From: Microcystis aeruginosa NIES-2549
GTDB lineage: Bacteria; Cyanobacteriota; Cyanobacteriia; Cyanobacteriales; Microcystaceae
Assembly: GCF_000981785.2 (NCBI RefSeq)
Contig: NZ_CP011304.1
Location: 3,240,001-3,272,000 of the forward strand
Reading direction: 5' to 3'
DNA: 32,000 bases
The notes beneath the pieces were generated by a model. It did no database searches and was not told where the DNA came from. It saw only the letters and a list, made by a program, of their open reading frames with translations. The stretch's first letter is position 1, and every line of letters starts with the position of its first letter. This document shows positions 8,304-16,815 of this stretch, one piece after another. The position numbers were made by a program, and so were the translations under genes.

Positions 8304-9917
8304 TTAGATAGGATCGAACTGATATTGAGAACCCCTTGGCCCTTCATTGCCGCGATTAGCACGCACCAAGGGAACTTGGTTAAAAATGTTAAAATCCGTG
8401 GTGCTTCCCTGCAAAGTGATTCCTCGATTTAAAGTTTCGACTACAGTAGCACGGTCAGAACTTTTAGCGATCGCTTCCCCTAATACTTTCATACTATCGT
8501 AGGCGGTAGCAGTACGCCAACTGACGCGACCGCGCCAACTTTTCAGCGCATCTTTGGCAAAAGGATCCGTTGCTTGGAAACTCCAAGGTACTGCTAGAAC
8601 TAATCCGTCGATGCTATCCGCTCCTTGAATAAGTATATCTGGTGTATAAAGTTCATTTCCGCCTAATAAGAGCATTCCAGACGATTCTTGGGCAATAGCC
8701 ACGGCTTGATCAATGCGATCGCCGTCTTTACTCAGGGCCAAAAATACCACCCTAGCGCCGGCTTGTTTGGCCTGATCTATGGCGGTTTTAGCGTTAAAAT
8801 TGGCTTTGGTGGTGTCTATTTCCTTAACTATCTGGCCTCCCGGTTCTTTAATCGCTTTAGCAAAGGAATCCTTTAATTTTTGACTATAGGGACTATCGGA
8901 ATTATAAAAAAGAACCACTGACGGAGAATTCTCTTGCTGACTAGCATAATTAGCCAAAGTTTTGGCCACTGCTTCCAGATAACTGCCTAAAACTTCCTGA
9001 GATTTATCCTCAAGGGGAATAGTTTTCAGGGTTGATTTTCCCGTTTGACTAACACTGGTAGTCAGGGGAGAAAGAATCGCTAATCCTTCTTTTTCGTAAC
9101 TTTCAATCGCTTTTTGACTAAAAGGATCGATTCCGTGGCCCATAACTGCCAAAACTTGACCGGATTGTATCAGGTCATCAGCGATCGCTTTTGATTGTAA
9201 CCCACCGCCATCATTAGCGATGACTATTTCCAAAGGATTACCCGGATTAGAATTATTAAACTCCTCTTGATACCTGGCCACACCTCGGAGAATTTCCTTA
9301 GCGCTGTTGGGGTCGTTAGCGATGGGGACAACGACGGCTATAGTATTTTGATTACCCTTTTCTCTGGCTTTGGCGTTATTGTAATAGATTTTGCCTTCCG
9401 GATCGTTTGCTTGGGGAGTGGCCGCTGGTTGGTAATCTGCGATCGCATTTGACCAATCTTCCCTTTTAAAGGCCGCTGCACCTTTTTCTTTGTTAGGAGT
9501 GGAATTAAGCAGTATTTTCTCACCTTGGCTAAATAAATCGGGATTTTTAGCCGTATTACTTACAAAAGTTGCCTTCGGTTGCTTGTCTGGGGTTTCTTCC
9601 CGGACGACTGGGGAAGCATCGGGTTTGGGAATGAGCATTTGCAATAGACTCCAACCCCCTAAACCTGCGGTTAAAGCGGTAATTATCAAAGCGAAGGGAA
9701 GTAACCAGTTAGATTTTTGACCGACTCTAGTTGTACCCCCCGGGGAGACGACAACTGTGGTTTTAACCGTGGTTGTTACGGGATCCATCGCTTCCCTAGG
9801 CAGGCCACAGATAGGACAATCAGGAGTAGTATTTTCGCAGGGTTCATGACCTCCCGCAATCGCTTGCGGATAAGTTTTACCATCTTTGGGGATACCGTCA
9901 CATTGCCAAGTAGTCAT
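8304..9917 (-). CDS. Membrane-anchored periplasmic substrate-binding protein (PBP type 1, Leu/Ile/Val-binding-like) with a Cys-rich N-terminal segment
   Basis: The C-terminal ~380 aa show PBP1-like features (IAVVVPI, VLAVMGHG, VVFLAL...). One TM segment is present (WLLPFALIITALTAGLGGWSLL). The N-terminus has C6-x20-C27-x6-C34-x2-C37. Confidence 0.75.
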   Translation of the reverse strand: MTTWQCDGIPKDGKTYPQAIAGGHEPCENTTPDCPICGLPREAMDPVTTTVKTTVVVSPGGTTRVGQKSNWLLPFALIITALTAGLGGWSLLQMLIPKPDASPVVREETPDKQPKATFVSNTAKNPDLFSQGEKILLNSTPNKEKGAAAFKREDWSNAIADYQPAATPQANDPEGKIYYNNAKAREKGNQNTIAVVVPIANDPNSAKEILRGVARYQEEFNNSNPGNPLEIVIANDGGGLQSKAIADDLIQSGQVLAVMGHGIDPFSQKAIESYEKEGLAILSPLTTSVSQTGKSTLKTIPLEDKSQEVLGSYLEAVAKTLANYASQQENSPSVVLFYNSDSPYSQKLKDSFAKAIKEPGGQIVKEIDTTKANFNAKTAIDQAKQAGARVVFLALSKDGDRIDQAVAIAQESSGMLLLGGNELYTPDILIQGADSIDGLVLAVPWSFQATDPFAKDALKSWRGRVSWRTATAYDSMKVLGEAIAKSSDRATVVETLNRGITLQGSTTDFNIFNQVPLVRANRGNEGPRGSQYQFDPI

Positions 9918-9920
9918 AAT

Positions 9921-9955
9921 CAGTTATCAGTTATCAGTTATCAGTTATCAGTTAT
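9921..9955. repeat. Heptanucleotide tandem repeat (CAGTTAT)x5
   Basis: Five perfect units start 4 nt upstream of the start codon (9917) of the substrate-binding protein gene. Degenerate units continue to ~9973. Confidence 0.95.
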
Positions 9956-10043
9956 CAGTGGGTAAGTTATCAGATTTGAGTTTTAAGTGAGCAGTATGTG
10001 TTAAGTGAGCAGTATTAAATAGCAGTTTCTTGCCATCTTTTCG

Positions 10044-10085
10044 CTGTTTACTGATTACTGTTTACTGTTTACTGGTCACTGTTTT
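10044..10085. repeat. Degenerate heptanucleotide repeat (CTGTTTA-type, 6 units)
   Basis: CTGTTTA CTGATTA CTGTTTA CTGTTTA CTGGTCA CTGTTTT. It overlaps the 3' end of the FTR1 gene and encodes its last residues (...TVTSKQ*). Confidence 0.85.
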
Positions 10086-10982
10086 AGGACGTTGTCGTAA
10101 GCTTTGGAAATAGAGGCCACCGATAAGCAGTAAAAAGAGGATATAAGCAACAATTTGACTGATATAGAGGTTTTGACGATAACCAAACAGGGATTTAAGG
10201 AGGAGTCCGGGGAAAGTGCGATCGCTCAAAATTTGGGAACCGTCCCAAACTTGAAAACCGAGAAGACAGGAGGAGGGGAGAGAAGGACAGAAATGGCGAT
10301 AAAAAGGGTCAATTTCACTTAAAAGACTGATTCCTGCGTCGATATGTTTCAAAACACCGATGAGTAATCCGGCAACGATTAAGAGGAGGAAAGTCCCCAT
10401 AATTTGGAAAAAGAGACGGATATTAATTTTTACTCCCCCCGCAAATAGGAGAATTCCCAACAAAGTCGCCATACTTAATCCTGCCACTGCACCGAGGGTT
10501 TGTAGCTGCCAATCTTTTTGGAATTGGGCCAGGATAAAGAGGACAGTTTCAAATCCTTCCCGCAAGACAGCGATAAAAACGAGCAGAAAAATCGCTTTTC
10601 CTGCCCCATTTTCCGCTTTTAAACCCGCTTTTACCGCACTTTCTACCTCATATTTCAAAGATTTGGCCTGTTGAGTCATCCAAATTAACATCCAACTCAA
10701 CATCAAGACGGCAATCAGTCCAAAAGTGGCGGCCAGCAATTCCTTGAGCATTGGTACGAATGGACTAGGAGAGGCATCCACTTGAAAAAGGATTCCCCCT
10801 AGCAAAATACCGACCAAAACACTAGCCACTACTCCCGCACCGATACCACGATACACCCATGAGTTAAGTTGCGATCGACCCGATTTTTGTAAACAAGCGA
10901 GGACAATTCCCACCACTAAAGTGGCCTCGAAACCTTCCCGGAGAGTGATGATAAAAGTGGGTAAAGCGGAACTAAGATTCAT
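10062..10982 (-). CDS. High-affinity iron permease, FTR1/EfeU family
   Basis: A polytopic membrane protein with two REGFE motifs (TLREGFEATLVVG and VLREGFETVLFIL), which are diagnostic of FTR1-family permeases. Confidence 0.85.
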   Translation of the reverse strand: MNLSSALPTFIITLREGFEATLVVGIVLACLQKSGRSQLNSWVYRGIGAGVVASVLVGILLGGILFQVDASPSPFVPMLKELLAATFGLIAVLMLSWMLIWMTQQAKSLKYEVESAVKAGLKAENGAGKAIFLLVFIAVLREGFETVLFILAQFQKDWQLQTLGAVAGLSMATLLGILLFAGGVKINIRLFFQIMGTFLLLIVAGLLIGVLKHIDAGISLLSEIDPFYRHFCPSLPSSCLLGFQVWDGSQILSDRTFPGLLLKSLFGYRQNLYISQIVAYILFLLLIGGLYFQSLRQRPKTVTSKQ

Positions 10983-11016
10983 AAGCTAGTGGATAAACTC
11001 TAGCTTTGATCCTAGC

Positions 11017-11451
11017 TCAAGCAAAATCCCGCAGCATCTTGCGAATTTCCAGATTGTGTAATTCTTCTTGTCCGATCATACCGCGAGCGAATTCTTCTAG
11101 GTAAATACTGGCATCTTCGACGGTTTCTAGGAGTGCTTTGTACAAATCAAGGGATTTTTTCTCATGATTGAGGCTCTCACTCAAGATTGCTTTGATATTG
11201 TGTTCATAGCTCTCCTCGATGGGGGCAATTTTTAAGCTAGGATGACCTTCTAAACCGGTGAGAATTTCCCCAACTTGTTGCGCGTGGGTGAGGGATTCCG
11301 TGGCCTGGGTCTGGAAAAATTGGACGATGGGGATGCGATGGGGACCTGTCACCATCAGGGAATAGTGGGTGTAACGGACAACTCCCGCTAGTTCAAATTC
11401 CATGATTTCGTTCAGTTGTTCGATGGTTTTGTCTCTGTCTAGTTCTCGCAT
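11017..11451 (-). CDS. Ferritin-like (bacterioferritin/Dps superfamily) protein
   Basis: This 144-aa protein has a four-helix-bundle-type pattern (EFELAGVVRYTHYS...ATESLTHAQQVGEIL...EKKSLDLYKALL...EEFARGMIGQEELH). It lies 34 nt upstream of, and co-oriented with, the iron permease gene. Confidence 0.7.
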   Translation of the reverse strand: MRELDRDKTIEQLNEIMEFELAGVVRYTHYSLMVTGPHRIPIVQFFQTQATESLTHAQQVGEILTGLEGHPSLKIAPIEESYEHNIKAILSESLNHEKKSLDLYKALLETVEDASIYLEEFARGMIGQEELHNLEIRKMLRDFA

Positions 11452-11579
11452 AATATTCTCAATAATTTTTCTCTAATTGCAATTGTAGCTAATTGACTCC
11501 TGACTCCTGAATACTGATGGCTTAGATGTATAATTAATTTTTCTTAGGTATTGATCAGGGCGATCGAGTCAAAAAGATT

Positions 11580-12440
11580 TTAGTCGGGGGAATAGCAACT
11601 CAAGAGGTCATTAAAGGTTTCATTTTGTCTTAAACCATCGAAAACAAAGTTATTACGCACTAATTCGCCACATATATCCGGTTCTATGTCTAGAGCTTCG
11701 CGTAAACAGTCGATCGCTTTTTCTTGTTGACCGAGGGCAGCATAACAGCAGGCGGCATTATACCACGCATAGCGATCATCTCGATCGATTTTTAACAATT
11801 CTTCATAACAGGCGATCGCTTCTGGTAGGCGCTGTAATTCCTGTAGGATCACACCCTGTTGATACCAGGACCAGTAATCTTGCGGTCGGATATCGAGGGC
11901 GGTACGATAATTAAATAAAGCCTCTTGGGGATTGCCCCAATCCCGGAAAGCGTCGCCGCGACGATACCAGGCCCAATAATCCCGAGGTCGCGCCCCTAGG
12001 GCCAAGTCATAGGAAGTGATAGCGCGTTCGTAATTTTTCAGCAATCGATAGGCCTCCCCTTGCCGGTAGGCTGCCCAATAGTCCCCCGGACTATGACTTA
12101 GGGCCTGTTGAAAACAAGCGAGCGCTTTTTGGTAGTCTTTTAATTCCTGTAGATAAACACAACCTTGATCGTACCAAGCCCAATAGTTATCATCCTTTAC
12201 CTGTGCAGCGTTAGAGTAACTTTCAGCCGCTTCTTCATACATTCCCAAGTCTTCTAGTATCATACCCCTTTTGTACCATGCCCAATAATCATCTGGATAA
12301 TATTCTAAGGCTTTTTCGTAGCTGATTAAGGCTCCAAAATAGTCCATTCTTTCTCTTAAAATATTGCCTTGGTCATACCAATCCCGATAGGTATCCGGAC
12401 GGCATTCGAGCGCTCGATAGACAGTGAGTAGATAGGTCAT
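11580..12440 (-). CDS. Tetratricopeptide-repeat protein (DYWAWY-type repeats)
   Basis: About 8 tandem 34-aa units each carry a D(D/N)YWAWY...G...Y..A...Y..AL pattern. Confidence 0.8.
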   Translation of the reverse strand: MTYLLTVYRALECRPDTYRDWYDQGNILRERMDYFGALISYEKALEYYPDDYWAWYKRGMILEDLGMYEEAAESYSNAAQVKDDNYWAWYDQGCVYLQELKDYQKALACFQQALSHSPGDYWAAYRQGEAYRLLKNYERAITSYDLALGARPRDYWAWYRRGDAFRDWGNPQEALFNYRTALDIRPQDYWSWYQQGVILQELQRLPEAIACYEELLKIDRDDRYAWYNAACCYAALGQQEKAIDCLREALDIEPDICGELVRNNFVFDGLRQNETFNDLLSCYSPD

Positions 12441-12469
12441 AGTTATTAATCTATAGTAATTAGGTTCGT

Positions 12470-12497
12470 CAGTCTTATCAGTTATCAGTTATCAGTG
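12470..12497. repeat. Heptanucleotide tandem repeat (ATCAGTT-type, ~4 units)
   Basis: CAGTCTT ATCAGTT ATCAGTT ATCAGTG, located 30 nt upstream of the TPR gene start. Confidence 0.85.
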
Positions 12498-12614
12498 GGA
12501 GTGTTGGGTGAGCAGTGGGTGCTTTTTCCCTGAAAATTAGGTAGTTGACCACCTGAAAATCGATAAAACCCCACACCCTACACCCCACACCCCACACCCT
12601 GCCACCACCGAAAA

Positions 12615-12635
12615 GCTTTTTGCCGCAAACCCTAG
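12615..12635. repeat. Dispersed motif GCTTTTTGCCGCAAACCCTAG (family also at 6606-6625, 7539-7557 inverted, 26381-26399)
   Basis: The shared core is CTTTTT(C/G)NGCAAACCCTA. Here and at 26355-26399 it is preceded by a CTACACCC-rich tract. Confidence 0.75.
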
Positions 12636-12643
12636 TTATACTT

Positions 12644-14329
12644 TTAGAACAGATTCAGATCCGTTAAAGCGCCGAGACTGCTAGAGGAGACTAACTTGGC
12701 GAATTTGCCGAGAATTCCCGTTTTATAGCGTGGGGGGCGCGGTTGCCAATGGTGACGACGACGGGTTAATTCTTCCTCCGATACATTTAACTGCAAGAGA
12801 CGCTGACGAGCATCAATAGTGATTTGATCCCCTTCCTCTACTAGGGCAATTGTACCACCCACCGCCGCTTCCGGAGCGACGTGACCGACCACCATGCCAT
12901 AGGTTCCCCCGGAAAAACGACCATCGGTAATTAATCCCACGGAATCCCCTAAACCAGCGCCGATAATTGCCGAAGTGGGGGCTAACATTTCCCGCATACC
13001 CGGTCCGCCTACCGGTCCTTCGTAACGGACAACCACCACATCCCCGGCTTGAATTTTTCCGGCTAAAATTGCCTCTAAACAGGTTTCTTCCGACTCAAAC
13101 ACCCGCGCAGGCCCAGTGATGACCGGAGTTTTCACGCCGCTAATTTTGGCCACGGCCCCCTCTGTGGCCAGATTTCCTTTTAAAATGGCTAAATGGCCCT
13201 CTTTATAGACAGGATTGCTAAAAGGACGGATAACATCTTGGCCTGAGGGCGGTTGGTCGGGAATATCGGCTAAAATCTCGGCGATAGTCTGACCGCTAAT
13301 GGTGAGGGCATCCCCGTGTAGCAAACCATTAACCAGGAGAATTTTCATCACTTGGGGAATACCGCCGGCTTTATGCAGATCTACGGTAACGTAACGCCCA
13401 GAGGGTTTAAGATCGCAGATAACCGGTACACGCTGCCGGATGGTTTCAAAATCATCGATCGATAATTCTACCCCGATGGTGCGGGAAATGGCTAAAAGGT
13501 GCAGCACAGCGTTAGTGGAACCCCCCACCGCCATAATTACCGAAATGGCGTTTTCAAAGGCTTTACGCGTCAAAATTTGGCTAGGGAGAATCTGTTTTCT
13601 AACCGCCTCGACCAAAACCTTGGCCGATTCTTCGGTACTATCGGCTTTTTCCGCATCTTCGGCGGCCATGGTCGAGGAGTAGGGTAAACTCATCCCCATG
13701 GCTTCAAAAATGGAAGACATGGTATTAGCAGTAAACATTCCACCACAGGAACCGGCCCCGGGGCAAGCGTTGCGTTCAATTCCGATGAGGTCTTCTTCAC
13801 TGATTTTACCGGCGCTGTACTGTCCCACGGCTTCAAAGGAACTGACCACGGTTAAATCGCAATCTTTGTAGCGCCCCGGTTTAATCGTGCCACCATAAAC
13901 GAAAATAGCGGGAATATTCATCCGGGCCATGGCAATCATTGCCCCCGGCATATTTTTGTCACAACCCCCGATAGCGAGGACTCCATCGAGACTTTGACCA
14001 TTACAGACGGTTTCAATGGAATCGGCGATTACTTCCCTAGAAACGAGAGAATATTTCATCCCTTCTGTTCCCATGGAAATCCCGTCACTAATGGTGATAG
14101 TCCCGAAAAGTTGCGGCATTCCCCCCGCTAATCTGGTTCCTGCTTCGGCACGCATTGCTAAATCATTAATTCCCATGTTACAGGGGGTAATGGTGCTAAA
14201 TCCGTTAGCGATGCCGATGATGGGTTTGCTAAAGTCCTCATCGCCAAAACCTACCGCTCTTAACATAGCCCGATTAGGACTGCGTTGGGTACCTTGGGTA
14301 ACAATGCGACTTCTGTAGTTATCTGCCAT
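12644..14329 (-). CDS. ilvD: Dihydroxy-acid dehydratase
   Basis: [53 protein letters not shown]...GGCDKNMPG...GPGMREML is unmistakably IlvD. The start is set to ATG 14329 (M22 of the track ORF). Confidence 0.95.
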   Translation of the reverse strand: MADNYRSRIVTQGTQRSPNRAMLRAVGFGDEDFSKPIIGIANGFSTITPCNMGINDLAMRAEAGTRLAGGMPQLFGTITISDGISMGTEGMKYSLVSREVIADSIETVCNGQSLDGVLAIGGCDKNMPGAMIAMARMNIPAIFVYGGTIKPGRYKDCDLTVVSSFEAVGQYSAGKISEEDLIGIERNACPGAGSCGGMFTANTMSSIFEAMGMSLPYSSTMAAEDAEKADSTEESAKVLVEAVRKQILPSQILTRKAFENAISVIMAVGGSTNAVLHLLAISRTIGVELSIDDFETIRQRVPVICDLKPSGRYVTVDLHKAGGIPQVMKILLVNGLLHGDALTISGQTIAEILADIPDQPPSGQDVIRPFSNPVYKEGHLAILKGNLATEGAVAKISGVKTPVITGPARVFESEETCLEAILAGKIQAGDVVVVRYEGPVGGPGMREMLAPTSAIIGAGLGDSVGLITDGRFSGGTYGMVVGHVAPEAAVGGTIALVEEGDQITIDARQRLLQLNVSEEELTRRRHHWQPRPPRYKTGILGKFAKLVSSSSLGALTDLNLF

Positions 14330-14948
14330 AACTTTATCTTTCTCCAATGGCGGCTGACGGGTGCGATCGCGGCTCAAGTTCTCCAATCGCACCTTTATTT
14401 CTATTTTCTGACTTTTGGCCGCTCTGAGCAGGTTTTAGGACAGTCCATCTCTAAAGAAAATATAAAACTGTGGGATGATTCAGGGAACAGGAGGTAGCAG
14501 CGAGATTCTATCATCGATTTGAAAAAAGCTCTAAATCCTGTTTAAAAGGTATAGAAAATGGCGTTGCTGAATCAAGATATGAATACTAATTGTACATCCT
14601 ATCCACAAGTTAGCTTAGTCCTAGGTTTGGAACAGTACCTAAAGGACAATTGATACCAAATCCGACTTATAAAACCCAGTTATGAATTAGTTATATTGAA
14701 GCCAACTATGATTGATAGGATAGGATGAGTTTTTAATTTTTCTCCTTATTTGTTGGTATTCAAAGAGAAGTGATCGTAAAGATTTCCAACTTAGTAAATT
14801 TACGAAGAGGAAATGCACACGATAATATCCCTTAAACATAGGAATTTGAGGTACTTTTGACTGTGGTTAATCAAGCGGATTTTATATCAGAAAGAGCAAA
14901 GGAATATAACTCTGATAGAGCAAGCTGTCTAGCTACATCGTCACTCAG

Positions 14949-16808
14949 TCAGCTTGAAAGCTCTTTATCAAAAATCTCAATAATATTAGGCATTGTATCA
15001 AATTTTTCAAAGACAATAATGTCACATGGCTCGCCATTTCTATCTTTATTAGAACGAGCATTCTCATCTAAATATTCATAAAATGTAGGTCTGTCAATGA
15101 TGTCACTTCCATAGCCAATAATAATCATCTTGAGTTCATCCTGACTATTCAGCCTTTTACAGGTTTCATGAACCAACTTCTCAAAATCATTTTTATCATT
15201 TAATTCGCCGTCAGTGTATATGATAATAAATCCACCTTGATCAGGATCTCGAGTCAGAAACCAGTCATCAATGATGGTTCTCAGCGTAGGGACAATAAAA
15301 GTATTACCATCTGGCTGATTTTCCTTAAAAAGACCAGCTACTTGTGAATCGTCTTGTATCTGTGTTACTACACGAGCAAAATTTGGACTAAAGAAAGCAA
15401 CTGTGATCTCATGGCAAATTTTTTCTTGGTCCATTCCTTCCTGATGCAGAATTCTGTAAATATGACCTTGGATTAGTTCTCGCAGTGCAATCCATCGTCT
15501 TTCATTCGCTAACTTAGGATCTCTTTCGGCCATAGATCCACTTTGATCAATTAACATATAAACCTTACGATTATAAATTTTAACACTAGGCATACTAGAC
15601 CTCCTTAGTCCATTTAATTGGTGTTTAATTTCAAGAATCCATTGTTGATTGAACACTTCTTGATAAATCGGATTAGCGGGAAACAGAAATGTTTTTGATT
15701 GCAAAATCAATCCAGACATTAATAAATCCCATTGTAGCATACTCTCACTATCAAACTTAATCTTATTAGGATTACGGAGAATACGATGATATAAGTTGAG
15801 TGTTGGTAGAACACTGTTAGAATCATTATGGCTATTCCCTAAGCTAACAAAGTAATCATGAATTTGTTGAAAGTGGGAGTTCAAGGAAGGCAACCTTTCA
15901 GGCTTAAGAAAATAACATCTAAACAAGTTTTCAATCTGAGGGAGAATCTCTGAATCTTCTAGTATTATATTCTGATCATGGATGATTTTACATAAAATTT
16001 GTGTTAAGAACGGTTGACCTTGAGTCCAATCAATTATAGTTTCCGCAAGCGAAGAAGGATGATTTTTCAAGACCTTCTTGAGCGGCCCACACTGGCTACG
16101 GTGAAAAGGAGAGATTTCAATAATGGATGCTTGTGTCAATAAACTCTGACAGTCATCTTGAAAAAAATTTAAATGGTTAACGCACCCTGCTAAAATAAAT
16201 TTAATATAAGGCAAGAAACTTTGATGATTTTCTGACAATAATTTCAGAAAGTTTTTTAAATATTCGTAAAATTCTTCATCCATCACATTTTCAAGGTTAT
16301 CCAGAAAAATAATAATAGTTTTATCGGTAATTTTAAGGATTTCTTGTAAAGAGTTAATAAATTTTAGTTCAAAGCTATTTTCTTGGGTATTTTGCCATAT
16401 CTGATTTAAAAGATTGAGTAGTTGGTGATCTTTGTCATCAAGTTTACTGTAGATTATTGTAATGATTTCTAAATAAAATGAACGTTCTGATAAGTTTTTT
16501 GAAAAGTTTTTAAAGGCAATTCCTCCCCATTTATATTTTAGCGAAGAAAAGTGTTTTTTCATTCGGAAAACCAAGCTTGTTTTGCCCACTTTAGGGGGAG
16601 CAAATAGACAACAAAAGGCTGAATGATCTTGACTATTCTGGAGAAACTTAAAGAGTTGTTCATCTGCTTGACGAGTAATATAAGTAGGATCATTAGGGAG
16701 TAAGATTTGACCAGGAAGATTAGGATAAGAATTTTCAGTAAATTTCTTGAAGTTATTCCATATATCTTGAATAAGCGAAGCTCCAGAATTAAATTGTATT
16801 TCTTCCAT
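14949..16808 (-). CDS. STAND/AAA-like P-loop NTPase fused to a C-terminal von Willebrand factor A (vWA) domain
   Basis: Walker A is LFAPPKVGKTSL (aa 68-79) and Walker B is IIIFLDNLE (aa 165-173). A STAND-type GxP motif WTQGQPFLTQ is at aa 261-270. The vWA MIDAS motif is complete: D421-Q-S-G-S425, G-N-T503 and T-D533-G. A GAGGAG Shine-Dalgarno sequence overlaps the end of the upstream gene. Confidence 0.75.
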   Translation of the reverse strand: MEEIQFNSGASLIQDIWNNFKKFTENSYPNLPGQILLPNDPTYITRQADEQLFKFLQNSQDHSAFCCLFAPPKVGKTSLVFRMKKHFSSLKYKWGGIAFKNFSKNLSERSFYLEIITIIYSKLDDKDHQLLNLLNQIWQNTQENSFELKFINSLQEILKITDKTIIIFLDNLENVMDEEFYEYLKNFLKLLSENHQSFLPYIKFILAGCVNHLNFFQDDCQSLLTQASIIEISPFHRSQCGPLKKVLKNHPSSLAETIIDWTQGQPFLTQILCKIIHDQNIILEDSEILPQIENLFRCYFLKPERLPSLNSHFQQIHDYFVSLGNSHNDSNSVLPTLNLYHRILRNPNKIKFDSESMLQWDLLMSGLILQSKTFLFPANPIYQEVFNQQWILEIKHQLNGLRRSSMPSVKIYNRKVYMLIDQSGSMAERDPKLANERRWIALRELIQGHIYRILHQEGMDQEKICHEITVAFFSPNFARVVTQIQDDSQVAGLFKENQPDGNTFIVPTLRTIIDDWFLTRDPDQGGFIIIYTDGELNDKNDFEKLVHETCKRLNSQDELKMIIIGYGSDIIDRPTFYEYLDENARSNKDRNGEPCDIIVFEKFDTMPNIIEIFDKELSS

Positions 16809-16815
16809 TGTTTAC

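Noticed and set aside
8688-9965. Short ORFs overlapping the substrate-binding protein gene (8688..8876, 9267..9452, 9338..9523, 9490..9720, 9717..9965)
   Set aside because: All are nested within or antisense to the 537-aa CDS. The last one is partly a translation of the heptamer repeat (QLSVISYQLSVIS).
9921-9973. Possible CRISPR array (also at 23902-23978 and 29773-29917)
   Set aside because: The repeat unit is only 7 nt and is strictly tandem with no spacers. There are no cas genes. These are short tandem repeats, not CRISPR.
11452-11500. AT-rich sequence upstream of the ferritin-like/FTR1 operon (AAAAATTATTGAGAATATT, CAATTGCAATTG) as a possible Fur box
   Set aside because: It has only a loose resemblance to the GATAATGATAATCATTATC consensus. 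This is plausible for iron genes but cannot be demonstrated by eye.
13440-14497. + strand ORFs antisense to ilvD (13440..13682, 13499..13687, 14016..14318, 14285..14497) and the 21-codon N-terminal extension of ilvD
   Set aside because: IlvD identity is unambiguous, and the IlvD consensus N-terminus starts at MADNYRS. The extension and the antisense ORFs have no support.
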